This document shows positions 35,210 to 49,939 of a stretch of 64,000 nucleotides of DNA, one piece after another. A model generated the notes under the pieces. It was not told the DNA's origin. It worked only from the letters and a program-made list of their open reading frames with translations, and did not search any database. The position numbers were made by a program, and so were the translations under genes. This DNA comes from Tubiluchus corallicola (Eukaryota > Animalia > Priapulida). The stretch's first letter is position 1. Each line of letters starts with the position of its first letter. The DNA lies in assembly GCA_030141605.1 (NCBI GenBank), contig JAQGDQ010000873.1, positions 22,175-86,174 on the forward strand, written 5' to 3'.

Positions 35210-36230
35210 TGTATCTAATGATAATCAGGTGACTTTTGTTTGAAATACAAGGCATTACGCGCCGTTTAATCACCTGATTTGCCCACAATTAGGTTACCAA
35301 ATAATGGATTCCTGTTCTGCCGGAATTTAATGCGAGCTTAATTTCTTTGACCTGATCAAACAACAATCACTAGTCATTGACTTTTGCTTATGTGTGGAGT
35401 TATGAAAAACGCGTGATTATTGTTTTTCTAGTGTGCAATAACGGATCGATAATTATCGGTGCACTGGGTTGTAAGAGTGAGCTCGTTTGGAAGGAGTTTT
35501 GTTTGGGGCCTCTGTTGACGGAATCACTATATATAGCTGTAAAACGGTGTAAGAATTTCTTTAAAAAGGTTTAAAAATGCAAAACACAATCGAAGTGACT
35601 ACAATTATAATATTGTCGTCATGTTTCAACACTTTTACATTATGTATTTATGTATGATCACAAGTTATAATACGATTATCGTCACTATTCTTATTATTGC
35701 GACCATTTTACAATAGAATGCCAGTCCAGCGCAATGTCCACTACAGTACTGAGCCCGAATCATTAATTTCTTATAGCCTAACAGTCAACTCCGTATTACC
35801 AATGGTTTATATACTCAATACTGTAGTAATTTCTAACTGTGGTGGGTGTAACGTTGCGTTTGCGGAAAATCATTGGTTCAAATCGCGGTTGAGTCCGACT
35901 TTTTCTCATTTACTTCTCTCGTACATGTTTGGTTGAAAGTTCACTACATGTGACTAGTAATTTTCGCAGCCAGTACCACGGGGAAAACATGGTCTTCGTA
36001 AGATCTCACTGTTAAACATTCAATTTTGTTTTGTTCTAAGTGACCGGGATTTTTTTAGCCTAAGTTACTACAAGTATTCATATTAGTTAGTTATTTGTTG
36101 ATTAAATTACCCTTTTTTTATTATCAATGTACTTATGATTGTAGTGCTTCTTATCAAATAAAAATATTGTTTAAACTAAGTGTTCGTATTTAGTATAGCA
36201 TTTTAGCATGGATTTCGTTTGTTCTTTCAG

Positions 36231-36308
36231 TTATATGATCGTATCAACACAAAGCAGCCTTCTTCCGTGAAAACTCCCACCTCGGATGCTTTAACTAGAG
36301 CTAAGGAG
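36231..36308 (+). CDS. CASK: CASK/lin-2 MAGUK internal exon (end of L27 N and linker): LYDRINTKQPSSVKTPTSDALTRAKE
   Basis: Exon is ctttcag|TTA...GAG|gtaagt, 78 nt, phase 0/0, with only one open frame. The peptide aligns without gaps to human CASK [26 protein letters not shown] (recalled). It is not in the ORF track. Confidence 0.92.
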
Positions 36309-37359
36309 GTAAGTTTTTCCTTTGTTTGCTTGCTTGTTTGTATGTCTGCTTGCTTTTTGCTAATTTTGCTGTTTTCTTAATCAAATTTTAGTCTTCATAT
36401 TTAAGTCGTTTAGTTTATTTTCGTGTGAACAATGAATGTATAGTTGAGGTGTATAGAGAGTCGGTGTTCGTGGTATTGAGAAAGTGAAACAGACAATTGT
36501 GGTGTCATCGACACAATTATTAAAAGTTTTTTTTTTATAAACTGATAAAATGTGTGGAAAGTTTTTATTTTGCAAGCTGTTTAGGAGCCACAAGAAGAAG
36601 TTCAATTTATTATATTGATTGTCATTTGTAACAATTAAATCTTTATTATCAGCAGTACTAACACTAATACACTGTGGCATAGCGCTTATAAAAATGTTCA
36701 TCACTAACCTGACTAGATGACCAATTGGGCTTTCGCTGCCTTTTCTTCACATTTTTTTCCAAATTAGTTGTATTATAACTGTGCGTGTGTTGCAAGATAA
36801 ATAAAAAAGATTATTATTACTTTTTAAGTCAGACATTTTTCATCCTCACATTTTGAAGTACCATTTAGCACACCTCTACTAGTGAAATTCTCGTACTTTT
36901 CGTGTGCTCATAAAAGCGTGATCCAGTTTTGCTGCTATTTGAAAATATGATTTTCACGCAGTTTAATAAAATTTACCACCATTTGATGAAAAACTTGATA
37001 ACTTCACTGCTGAATGTTGTCTTTCTGTCCACATCTAAATAAATGATGTTCAAAGGTACAATTAGAAAATAAAAAGTAACTGAAATGAACTAATAGATAA
37101 ATCATTGAATAAGTGATTAAAAAACAGCTAATCACTTATCCATCGAGTATTTGAATATTGTGAGTAAATAAATAATTGATTGAATAAACAAATAGATGAA
37201 CGAGCGAACGATTTATAATGAATGTACTGCAATGAGTGAATGAATAAACGAACTGATGAATGTATAAATGATGCGTTTACTTATACAGTACCAACATATA
37301 CTGTTACTGAAACTGACACTTGCAAAGGAACAGCGCTGCTGCTTCTAGAAAGAGCGTTA

Positions 37360-37663
37360 TCTCTTATATTAATATTCTTGGTATGGGCTTTTTATATTTA
37401 AGATTCGAGGCTACAGCCCGGACGAGGGCACTATTTGCGGCGATCTATATATCAAACGAAAGGTCTCGATCTAGTGTCGTGCCATTGATGGTTTATTTTT
37501 CGAATCGGGCCCACCGAGAGGAACGGGGGGCGAAAAACCTCCAAAAATGGCCATTTTTCGGCCGTTTTTTGCAAAAGTTATACGGCTGAGATGTAGAGAA
37601 TGGGAACGGGCCGAGGGGGGTACTGGGTATGGATAGATAGCCCGTTCAGCGGTGGGTGTAGTA
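37360..37663 (+). mobile_element. 5' fragment of the same Helitron family
   Basis: A|TCTCTTATATTAATATTCTTGG...aagattcgaggctacagcccggacg...; similarity ends abruptly at ~37663. Confidence 0.85.
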
Positions 37664-40343
37664 TTAAAAATTAATGGCATAGTTTGTACAATCAAGCCCT
37701 TTTGTCATATATTTACCAGCGCTACATATACGAATGAATAAGTAATAGTACAATTTCATAGGATGGAATAAACTATAAACCAGCATGTTTGATTGCTTAT
37801 TATTGCATTTAATGCCGCTAGCGAATTTAGAGGTCATGAAAATTGAATAATAACTTCTGAAAGCTATGTAGACTAGGTTGGTTGTGCAGCTGTCAAGTGG
37901 TGCCATCTTTGTTGTGAAAAAGAAACCACTAAAAAAGCTGACATCGCTATATCATTTACTCTTCAGAATTAATTGTCATTGGTAACAACAGTCATTTTAT
38001 TTATTTATCAATATATCGGTTTATTTGTTTGTTTGTTTATTTATATGTAGAAAATTTATTTACTAAAAACAGCTTTCATAAAAAATACGAAAATTGCTTT
38101 TATTCAACAACTTCTGTACATGTATTCTTTTATGATAGAAAAATGGAATATTTTCAATGAAAAATAAAATTGGTCATGACGCAATTGAGTTACCCCCATT
38201 ACATCTTGTATAGCTGGGTTCATGCTTAAGCTGTGTTCACATGTATTAATAAATTGGAAAGATAAGTCAAAAGTTTTAAAAGAACGACGTCTATTCGTAT
38301 TATATTATTCTCTTACATTATCATTTCCGCGTATCTTTGTACCAGTAAGAATGTCTTCTTCTTTTGCCAATTTACCAGCTGCTGCTGTTTTCAGTTCCGG
38401 ACAGTTGAATTGTTGTTTTGAATGATTAATTTACTGGGCACATGACTTGGCCAATTGCTGTACGCTCAATGGTTGTTTGTTGATATGCTTATATTTGCTG
38501 CAGTGCTAAAGTGGATGCAAAACACATAGAAAGAGGGGCAGAACTTAATGATAACCTCGTCAAAAGAGTAAATCACTGCTGTTATTTGAAGCCACAGTTG
38601 TTTTGTCATATGAATGGAAAGGTCAAAGGTCGTAATCTCTTTTGTGGAATAAGTAGTTCATACTGTTAAGTGCTTTCTAAGTTATATTCGTGACGACTGC
38701 AAATAAGCGTGAAAGACCCCCCCCCCCCCATTAAATTCCCCCTCTCGAAATTCACTTGTTTCCCCCTCCCCCGCGCACAGTTTCACCCATTATATAGACA
38801 GCATCGTTGTGATACGTGCAACATTTTTCTGCTAGGGACCTGTCTGACTGAATAATTGTATGCACTCTGTGTTGCAGATCCCTCGGGGATGTACTCGTTT
38901 TGGAAAACCGTCTGAATCTTTCATCATCTTTGCAGAGCTCTTTATAAGCTAGAAAAGCCGTGCAGTAATTGTTTTATGTACGGTTGACATTAACTTGGAA
39001 ACAGCTCATTAACGCACGCCCGAGTTCAGACGTCATTTACAAGTGTGTTCACGTTTCCAAGACGCGGCGTCGCTAACAACGGGACGCGGAAAATATTCAC
39101 GTGACCTTACGTCACGGATTGACGGTAAACGTGACGTCGTTCCTGGACTTATTTTAAAATTTTCCGAATGTTCTCTGACTTCGCGACACGCTTTTAACGA
39201 CAGATCTTCCGGCATTTCCTGGACTCGTTTCCGGTAGGAATGGCGACGCATCAAGAGAATGTCGCGTTTCTTCCGGGCTGGATTTTCACTTTTTGCTTAG
39301 CTCGTTTTCCTGGCTAGTTTATTAGGTACGGTGACGTCATAGGCTCATAGCGCAGAATGTTCTATTTCTTGAATTTGTTCACATGGCTGTAGGGTTAAAT
39401 CGTCATCGTGAAATGCCAGGCAAAACCTTGCAAGCAATTTCTTTCAAAGAAGATGGCGCTATGTTACAAAAAAGAAAATAAAACGTCAGCGCCCTTCTAA
39501 GCGGTGACGTGGTTTTTTTCACAACTCTTACGTTTCAACATCAAGACAAGGTGTCATAATCAAAGTAATTAATGAATGTATCTGCAAGAATGAGAAATAA
39601 TTTTGCAATGCAGAATCGGAATAATAAAATTGAAAATGGAGTAAATTTTACAATTTTCGGGAAATGTGTTGAAATAAATTAATGGTTATCATAATTACAT
39701 AGAGTTGCAAAGAAACTGAGAAATGAGAAGAAATCATTAACTAACTATCTAACTGACTAACTAACTGACTAACTAACTAACTAACGTTTTCACTTTTGCT
39801 AGCCAAGAGATGGCGACCTTTCATGTATTGACTGTATACACAATTTTGATAATTTGCTGGGACCAGTTTAGACACTCAAGAAAAAAACATAATTTTTTAC
39901 CCATGTAGTTATGCACGTTTTATTTATAATGCTAAAGTGTTAACAGTATTTTAGGATTTTTAATGACATTTTAGGGGTTATTTTGACATCAGTTATTCTG
40001 ACATTTTAAAATGTGCATTACAAATGTGCGTGATGTCCTGCATCAACATTAGTGTGGCCTTTGTTATTGGCTAGTAAAAACAGTGCAGTATTCACACTGA
40101 CCACAAAAAGCTAACGTGTTACTCTATATAATTCCTAGCATAAGTAATCTTATCACCTTGAAGTAATGTTAAGTTTTATTGATGTGTTCTTTAGCACCTG
40201 CTGCAGTTAAGGATGCACTAGTACACTGAGGTATTGGTTGATGTCATTAATCATTTAGTGGCTTTGTTCATTTTAGACCTTTACTTAGGACGTGATTTGT
40301 CGTTGCAACTGATATGTGACCATGTCCACGTGGATATCCTTAA

Positions 40344-41271
40344 AGCACAAGAAAACCCACAACTTACATAAGGCTTAAAACAGTGGTTCCAAAACTTTCT
40401 CGGACCGTTACCCAATTCGGGAAACCCGGTCGTGTCCATTACCCCCCACCTAGTACTACTTCTCCAACTCAAATGACGAAAACTACGTAAAATGCATTCC
40501 GAGCGAAGTTTTAAAAATTTCCAGGAGTGCCCGTTACCCCCCCCCCCCCCCCAAAATCAAATTACCCCCCCCCTCCCCGGGGGGGGGGGGGGTAATTTAC
40601 CCCTACTTTGGGAACCACTGGCTTAAAAACTTGTCTTGAAATTTTATACCACTTACGTACTGTCTTTTTGCATATTACACTTGCGTCGGCAATAACGCTG
40701 TATAAAATATGTAAATGTAAACTCCCGCGATGATCGCTAGACGCAGCTATTTTGAGGATAAGTCATTGGAAACAAGTTTAGATAACATTCAGTAAAATTT
40801 GAAAAATAATCAGAACATTCGTAGCGCACATGTCACAAAGTAAAATTTAAAATTACTGTATCTTCTCTATAAAATTAAAAATACGTTTTTGGTTAGTGAG
40901 TGGTGTACTTGGCGAGTGAGTCAGCGACATTTTAGCAATTGGTGAAAGCATTTTAAATAATTAATTTTCTTTTATAGTTACATAAGTCTTTCAAGCAGAT
41001 AAGCGAAGTGCTAAGTAATATAATTTTGCGTCGAATTCTTTTTTTGGTACATAGTTTAACATGGACTTTTCTTCCCCTGACTTACCTTTGCGTAAGTGAC
41101 GTCATGTAATGGCGCCATCAGAACAGTATTGCAGGAGATCTAAAAAATAAAAACAAACAAAAAAATCCTTTTAACGCGAGAACGATATACGCATAAAATT
41201 GCTGTAAAGTAACGGTAATTTTTTAAGGCGATTTTTCTGAAACGTACTTCAGATACCCCTTTTCTTGTCCT
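40344..41271. mobile_element. Kolobok/piggyBac-type TTAA MITE, copy 1 (contains nested hAT MITE)
   Basis: TTAA|AGCACAAGAAAA...TTTTCTTGTCCT|TTAA terminal inverted repeats; second copy at 50732-51396. Confidence 0.8.
40381..40620. mobile_element. hAT (Charlie-like) MITE, 240 bp
   Basis: TIR CAGTGGTTCC...GGAACCACTG with perfect 8-bp TSD GCTTAAAA at 40373-40380 and 40621-40628. Confidence 0.9.
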
Positions 41272-41534
41272 TTAAGCGCGTTTCTACACTCAGCTTGCTT
41301 GTGCATGCTACGCATTTTCGGTACTTAATAAATCGATGCTGCCGTGTCATTATCATTAGGGATGGAGCAATTGATCTTCATACTGGGACGCCTTTAGCTG
41401 CAGAGGTTTGCGTTTTATTGGACTGAGTCGATTCTGGTTAGTTGATTTGTTTCACGCTCGCGGACGTAGTGTTTGCCGTGCCACACTCGTGACCCACTGA
41501 AAAGTGGGATTTCGTTTGGGTTGTGAAACTAAGC

Positions 41535-41795
41535 GTCACGGAGAATGTAGGTCAAGAGCACGTGGGTCTCTAAACGCGCAGTAGTGATCGTGGAAAAACA
41601 GCGATTTTACTCCTGTGAAGCTAGACGTCGTAGAGAAAGTGGGTCAAAGGCACGTGGACTTTGCTAGACATAGTAGTGGTCGTGGAAAAACCGCGATTTT
41701 ACTCCTGTGAAGCTAGACGTCGCAGTGAAAGTGGGTCAAAGGCACGTGGACTTTGCTAGACATAGTAGTGGACGTGAAAATACAGTGATTTTTCT
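41535..41795. repeat. 92-bp tandem repeat, ~2.8 copies
   Basis: gtg(g)aaaaa...gatttt motif at 41590, 41682 and 41774. Confidence 0.8.
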
Positions 41796-42697
41796 CTTGA
41801 CCTCAAATATACTTTCTGCATCCTCAGAACGAAAAACGTGTGCCTTTAATAAGATATTAACTTGCACACGCTAATTATTTAATTAGCTTCCCAATTATTT
41901 TACACTAGTTTGGGATGCATCTTTGCCTAGACCTTCAACTTTTTTATAACGGTTCCTTCATTTCTTCCTTTTCAACTTAGCTATCTTAAATCGTGCGCGT
42001 TTGTGATCCGTTTTTAAATACTATGAAAAATAGAAATGAAATAATAATTTAATTCCTAATTTGCACGTGCCGTTTGGAAGTAAAGTTGACTCTGTATCAG
42101 CCATCACCAGCTTTATGAAAATATTTTATTGTATTTTACAAACACAAACAACAGAAATAGCTTGTGACAAAAATGCTGTAGTGAAAAATCTATGCAATGT
42201 TAAAATTTTCGTATCCCACATGGTCCAAAAACAATATGCATTAGTCTTGTCGTTTTACAATGTGGGAAATTTCCGCGAATTTTCGCCTCGTTTTAAAATA
42301 AATTACAATCCTTTTCCAGAAACAAGTAAAATTTTGCCATTATGAGCTTTGCATGCTTGGTAATGATTTGTGGCCGGGTAATAAATGCGCCGTGTCGTAG
42401 GCTTAATCAGAAAACTGAGCGCACAAATTAAATTAAAAATCTCTTCATAGATTGCTGTAAAGCCGTATAAGCGCAAGCGGGCATAATTAGCTGTTATAAC
42501 GCGTTTTTCGTGACGTGAAAGTCATTTTAATGTTCTGTTGCTTAAGGAAGAGGAGGAGGAAGAGGAGGAAGAAGCTGCCGTCATTGATTGTAATAAAACA
42601 TTATTAAGGCAAGTTGACTGTATCACTGTTGCCAAGCTGGAAAGTGAACTAAAGTAACGTAATTGAAATCAGTTGAATCAGTTGTTCAAAGAATGCG

Positions 42698-43199
42698 CAG
42701 GGATGAGAATTTTCCGCGGATACGCGGAATTTCGAGTTTTTGGAAGACCAGTAGTGCCATTTTTTGTAAATCGCAAAAATTCGTTGAGAAAATTTTTACG
42801 GACCAAGTACATTATTTCACAAGCTGACCGCTAGTTGGCAGGCCGTGACTTTGTTTACATCACGTACATCAGTGTAGCCACGTGTATATCTCTATGTATA
42901 AAAATATAGAATTAATTGTGCGGAGTTATTTGAGTCAATTGCAGACAGTTTTTATATACTTTTGCATAGGAGCGGCCAGTACTTAGGCGTTTTTGAGACA
43001 ATTAGGTATCCTTGACAGCTGTGTATTTTAAATTATGCATGAAACAAGGTAACTGATATTTTAAGTCCACTTAGGGCTCTCTATGGTCACAAAATTGCAA
43101 TTTGTTGCTTCGCCCCCTTGAACCCCCATGGGGGCTTATGCGGTCCCCAAACCCCCGGCCTGTTTCAGAGTTTTTTGCAATTTGTCCTTCTCATCCCTG
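42698..43199. mobile_element. P/hAT-type MITE, 502 bp
   Basis: TIR CAGGGATGAGAA...TTCTCATCCCTG with 7-bp TSD GAATGCG on both sides. Confidence 0.85.
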
Positions 43200-46100
43200 G
43201 AATGCGGCGGACGCGACTCACCTGCATGGCTTCACTTAACGTGCATCACGTGACGTTAGTCGAATCACGTGACAGTAGCCGTGACTTGCGTGCTCGTGTC
43301 TAATTCAGCTGTGTATCGGGTCATGCGTGTGTCGTAAACGTGAAACCTGCGTAAAGTTTTTCCTACGGTGAGATTTACAAGGTTTCTTTAGTTTTTATAA
43401 CCTCATAAACACTGAAAAACAAGGGTACGTCCATCGAGCGAATGCAGTGTCAGTGTCGTGTGAGTAACAGACGAAACAAGTTTATGAAGCCAAGTCACCT
43501 TTAAGAAGTGACTCCAAGCTTTTCCTTTAAGAACTTCCATGTCTGGCTAGATTTTAGGTGAAAACGACGCAGGCGGCGATACGTGAAATGCGTGTGGTTA
43601 CATCGAGTGCATTTCGTTAAACACTGCGTATTCTGGAACCTCAGGGTTTACCTCAAAGACTCACTAACAGACGGTTCGGGATATTGAAGTCTTGGATTAC
43701 AAACAGTCAAATTATTTCAAATGAAGGTTTTTTCAAAATGATGGTCTATGACGCACTTGTAATAGATTCTTAGAATACACCAAGGTCTTATGATCCCAAA
43801 TGAAGGCCTTTTCAAAGTGACGCCCCCAGATGGTAATGATTGCATTAACACGACTCATTAATGTCTGCAGCTGAGAAGTTGGACAGGTCGTCTTGCAACT
43901 TAGCATTTCCAAAAATGAGTGCTGAAAAATGCGCCTCTTGGCTTCAGAAGAAATGGGAATTTCCCTAATGGCCTAGTGCACACTGGCTTCTCAATTACAC
44001 CTGAAATTGATATGACTGTGCGTGGCTTGATTAAATGAAAGCGGTAGGAAGCCACTGCCGCGTAATCAAAGTCACCGCCAGTTCCTGTCCTAAATGAACA
44101 TGATCTGGTGAAGCCATTGGTTAGTTTGTTGTGGACACGACGAAGGGGAAGGAGTTGACGTCCATCATGTTCACAATACTCAACATGAAGGTAGGTTCAC
44201 ATTAGTCACTAGGTCGTAAGACAAGGCAGGTAAGCTTAGTTTGTCAAACAGCATTTTCCTTTCATTAGTCGACTGCGGGGACTTCTAAACAAATAGTTCG
44301 AGTGTTTGGTGCATGAAGACAGTAATTACCGTAGTTGCAATATGTCAAAGTATTTCAATGTTAAAGTCGACGACGATGGATTATATTGCGACTACTGTTT
44401 GTGCGGTCAGAGTATGTCTGTACCCAAAAGGTGTTACCAAATTGATCCTTTTCCTAACACTTTGCAAAAAAAACTTAGTTTCCTGGCCTACGCAGCAATT
44501 GTTTGTTGATTTCATACCTGGTAACTGATATTTATTCCATTCCTTAGCTTTATGCTGTAGTATTACTTTATCTTTGGCCTATCCAGCTGTTCTAATCGTC
44601 TTTCTAATTTGCACTTCGCGTCGTCAAGGCTCAAGACTGTGACAAAGTTCTTGTGGTAACTAAAACTATGTCATGACCTGGCAAATGCACGTGTACGGTT
44701 TTTTTTTCATATCAGACAGAACTTCAGCCTTTAACTCTGTCATCTGATACTTGCGATTGATTTGACGTCACGTTCGCACTAATTACACATGAATTCGCCG
44801 GAAATTACACCGCCTGCTGGTCAGGTCATGCCAACTTAATAGGCAGATTAATTATGAAACACGAACACCCATTTGCGAGGCCCATGATTGGATTATCATA
44901 GCAATCGGCCTAGTGGGATGATGAAACTGCCGGTTCGTGTCATTAGCGCTTATGAGATTAAATTAGTCTGAGGTATTTAGGCCATGTTCATTAGCATCAT
45001 CTTCCTTGCAGGAGAACCTGAAATGTTTCTCTGAATGTCAGAGTAATTTATTTTCATAAATCCGAAGTGTTAAATGTAGCCGTGTGTATACAAAGGACAA
45101 AGCCTACTGCACAAAGCACTAGGCACAAAGTTTATAACACAAAATTTGCATTCTCTTAGACTAGTAACCAGTAAGTGGTAATTACTATATAGTTAGGTTA
45201 ATGCAGGAACAAACCGTATACTTTAAGACTTTACTGGTACTTTATAGAAAATGAGTTTTGTCTTATTAGTAAGCTGGAAAGACTTATAGTGCTATAGAAA
45301 ACTTCATATTGCTTGCGTGGTGGTAATTCCTTATGTATCTGGTTAATGAAATAAAAGCACGAAAGACAATGTACATACATATTATAGTGCTCAGTTTTTT
45401 CTCACTACTGTCAGAAAATCTTAAGCCATTCTTATTCGACATTCAACCGAGCTTGTATTATGCAAAGCCATTATGCTAATTCCTGTAAGTTTGTTGTAAA
45501 AGTCAAATATGCGTTAGGTGGTAAAGTCAAAACTGCAATGCCATATATGCCTATATATCTATATATGTGCAAAGCAAAAAAACTAAGACTAGTAGAAATT
45601 ATCATGAGAATTACAATTATAGTCTCGCCATCATTGTCAACTTAGATAACATCAGGGCATTTGAGCACATTAATCATTCAGTCATTGTCGCTGTCGTCAT
45701 TGTCATCATCGTCAGCACGTTTTGACTTGGATGATGTTCGGTTTCTATAACTTGTTCTGGGTCGAGCTTTTTAGTATTGTTTTCTTATCGACAGACGTTT
45801 TTACTTTAGAGTTTCTAGAACATTCTTTACTTGTGGTGGGTGTGAACCTCTGAGTCGGAATAGTCTCGCAGGAGTCCTAGACTATTGGTTGCACTTTACT
45901 AACAAGCAACATGCTCATCTTACCCTATTCACTTTTATTGTGTTCCTAGTGAAATGTTAATAGTTAGCTGATGTGTCCAGCATTCAACCGACATCATGAA
46001 TTTACCGTAGTAAAACGATTAATAATGCATTCAACTAGCGTGTCGTCACCTGTCGGAAAACGAGTAAAGCATCTTAATGGAAGGCCTCGTGGGGACCACT

Positions 46101-46303
46101 GGTGAAATGATGGACGACACGCAAGTGGCTTTATAATTCTTTCAAATCGAAATACTCTGTTAAAAGTCCATTTCTAATTCCTGTTTTCTGTTGATTACTG
46201 CACAGTGGCAACTGAGGTATATACATATATACTATACATACACACGCACGCACGCACACATGCTAAATGCACGCGCGCATATATATATATATACACGTGT
46301 ATG

Positions 46304-46919
<616 letters not shown>

Positions 46920-48218
46920 CGTGTATGTGTGCGTGCGTGCGTATATTTAGCATGACTTTCTCTCTATGTATATATAGAGGCATGAGATGCCGTGGTACTG
47001 ATGCTGCTGCTGATCTAGGTATAATGCGAGAGCGGATTTGCAGAGGTGTTTTCTCTGAAACACACTAAGCCTGGCTACATTGACATTTAAGAGAAACGTG
47101 CAAGTGAGGAATTTAAAACAGGCTCTCCGGTATGACGTTTTGATGTTGGATTTTACGGTCGACTGTAGACGCGCCTGAGTTTCAGAGGACCATTACTGTA
47201 ACTAATGCATTTACCATTTGATACTAACTAAAACGTTAATGGCATTTTTGCTTTAGCACGTGCTATATTAATGTCGTATTTTTCGTCCCATCTATAAAAA
47301 CCTAATAGGGTAAAATGGGGATATTTCCTTGCACTTTACCCAATGAGTTGTGCTGCTTTGATAGATACGTAGTATTTTTGTCTCCAAATCTTTCTTTTTC
47401 GTTTTGTGTATTATTTATGACGTGGGCAATGGTTACCAAATCTATTATAATTAGGATTTTATTTCTTCGCGTTAAAACAGCTTTTGCCAATCAAAGTTTT
47501 CTCGATGGTCTTTCTTCTAATGGAAACGTGTTCGACAAATGTGGTGACGTAATATACACAACATGCAAACTACCCAGTTCCAACACACATTCACTGCTGG
47601 AAGCTTCTCTCTGGATCCATAAATCTAATTTGTTTCACTTGGTAAACACACAGTTCAGAAGAAACGGACATAACTAACCCATTGTGTTGCCAGGCTAATT
47701 CTCTGCCAATGCCTAATCACGTCAGTGACTGATTTGAAATAACCGGGTAAGCACTTGACTATGGTAATAGCAGAGCATTGGCGTAAGCGATTATTCTATT
47801 GCCTGGCTGTTTAATAGCCACCGTTTTGGTTTATTGCTAAACATTTATACAGTTTGTAGTTATATGTGTGCGGATTTGAGGCTATAAAGAATGCAGTTAG
47901 TCATTTATACTTGCTCAGAAGAATTTCAATGCTCGTTATTCATTACTCTAATTGTTCAGACCAACATAAGTGAATCCGGTATAGTAACATTTCCTTACCA
48001 GTTAGATAGAGTAGTTGAACCTACAGAACAGAAAGAAGGGGGTGCACCTGTGTGATCTGGGCTCAATCGGTGCTACTTTCGTTTACAGCTTGTTGTTAAG
48101 ACATTTTGTACGGCAAAATAAACACCTGCTAAAACGAAGGATACCATGATTCCGTGAACTTTAGCACTCTTGTCAATACAAACCGACTTAGTTTGATGCA
48201 CATTGCAGTTCTTGCCAA

Positions 48219-48613
48219 TATGACCTTCGTATTATAGACCTTTGACCTCTGTCAGACTTTCGTTTGATCTTATCACAAACTATATTGGTTCGTTAGCCAA
48301 CTGACATGTCCAATGAACATTAAACAGGAGCAATAGTGTGAAGCAAGAAGTATGACCTTCGTATCATTGACCTTTGACCTCTGTCAGACTTTCATTTGAT
48401 CTTATCACAAACTGTATTGGTTCGTTAGCCAACTGACATGTCCAATGAACATTAAACAGGAGCAATAGTGTGAAGCAAGAAGTATGACCTTCGTATCATT
48501 GACCTTTGACCTCTGTCAGACTTTCATTTGATCTTATCACAAACTGTATTTGTTCGTTAGCCAACTGACATGTCCAATGAACATTAAACAGGAGCAATAG
48601 TGTGAAGCAAGAA
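48219..48613. repeat. 132-bp tandem repeat, 3 copies
   Basis: Units start at 48219, 48351 and 48483 (tatgaccttcgtat...gacctttgacctctgtcag...). Confidence 0.9.
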
Positions 48614-49939
48614 ATGAGGTATCGTCAGTGGATACAGATCGAGCAACAGTTCAACTTACTAAACATACTACTGCATTTGATTAGCAATAACGCTCACAGC
48701 AACCCGTATACAGTACGTTTATGCATAGAATGCTGTTCCTTGAAATTTATGGACTTTTAATCCAGAAAAGAGTAAATCTTGGAATCAGTGGATTGTTTAC
48801 TTCGACTAGAAATCATCACTCACCATTTTAAAATGCTGATTTAAATCCTCGGTTTCGCAACAATTTTGGTTACAGATTTCTTATACAGACTGTAAGAATA
48901 TTACGTATCATGTAGGTGTTATGCATTATACCCTTGACGAAGTCATTAGCTTCTGTATTGCCACACTTCAATCTCTTTTCTTGAGATTAAGCTGCTTTCA
49001 CTATGTATTAGTGCGTGTGTATAACCAATATTTCCCAATGGTGCTCATTGAAGCTTCACGTTGAATATTTGCTCTGCATAGTTACCGTTCTAGATAGAGT
49101 GACTGAAGTGCTCCCAAACCAAGTAACCTCGCAGCTACTTGTGAATGGTCCTACAGATGTAAAATATTGACCTAATACTCTCATGTGCTGACTACATTTG
49201 AATGTCGGAGGATGTTGAGAGCTTCTGAAGGCATTGTTATTGAGCACACAGACGACGGCAATATTACTGAAGACTCGTGAAGCCAGTGGCAAAGTTGCTG
49301 TTTGCATCTGTGTTAGTTGGCCAACCATGCATTGTGATTTCACGTATCTGCTTACATGCTAAAAAACCAATGTTGTTTAATCTTTGGAAGCCGAGTCATG
49401 CTAAAACAGCATCAAGATACTAATCCATGTGAAGCCCATCTTTGTGGCCATTCAGAACTGTTTCACTAGTCCTGACGTCAGAGTCACCTAGCGGGATGTC
49501 TCTTTGCTGGTGGTTTACTGTCTCATCAGTGTGCAATATACTTTAATGGGTTTTCTGACCTATTAGTAATTTACTAGCAATAAAATGGTGTTTATCATTA
49601 ATTCGCTGCCTGTTCATCAAATAATGATAACTGATGCTGAAGCCATATAACAATGTACCATAAAGCGCTTCAGTTTGTATTGGCCTTACAAAGCGAAGGT
49701 GAATCACTTGTACATGCAATCACTACACCTTGCCATGGATCAGGTTGCGATTAATTACTCTAAAGCTTTTTTAGTTGTTGCAGTGTTCGCCATGAAACAT
49801 GAGTTACTGAATCGTTTGTCAAAATAACTGCTCTTGTTACTTTGTTAGTTGTTTCTCAAAGAGAGATTTATGTGTTGTGTATCAGTTTGTTTGCGTGTAG
49901 TAGGTCAGCAGGTACATTTTAGGGCCTTAATTATTTTAT

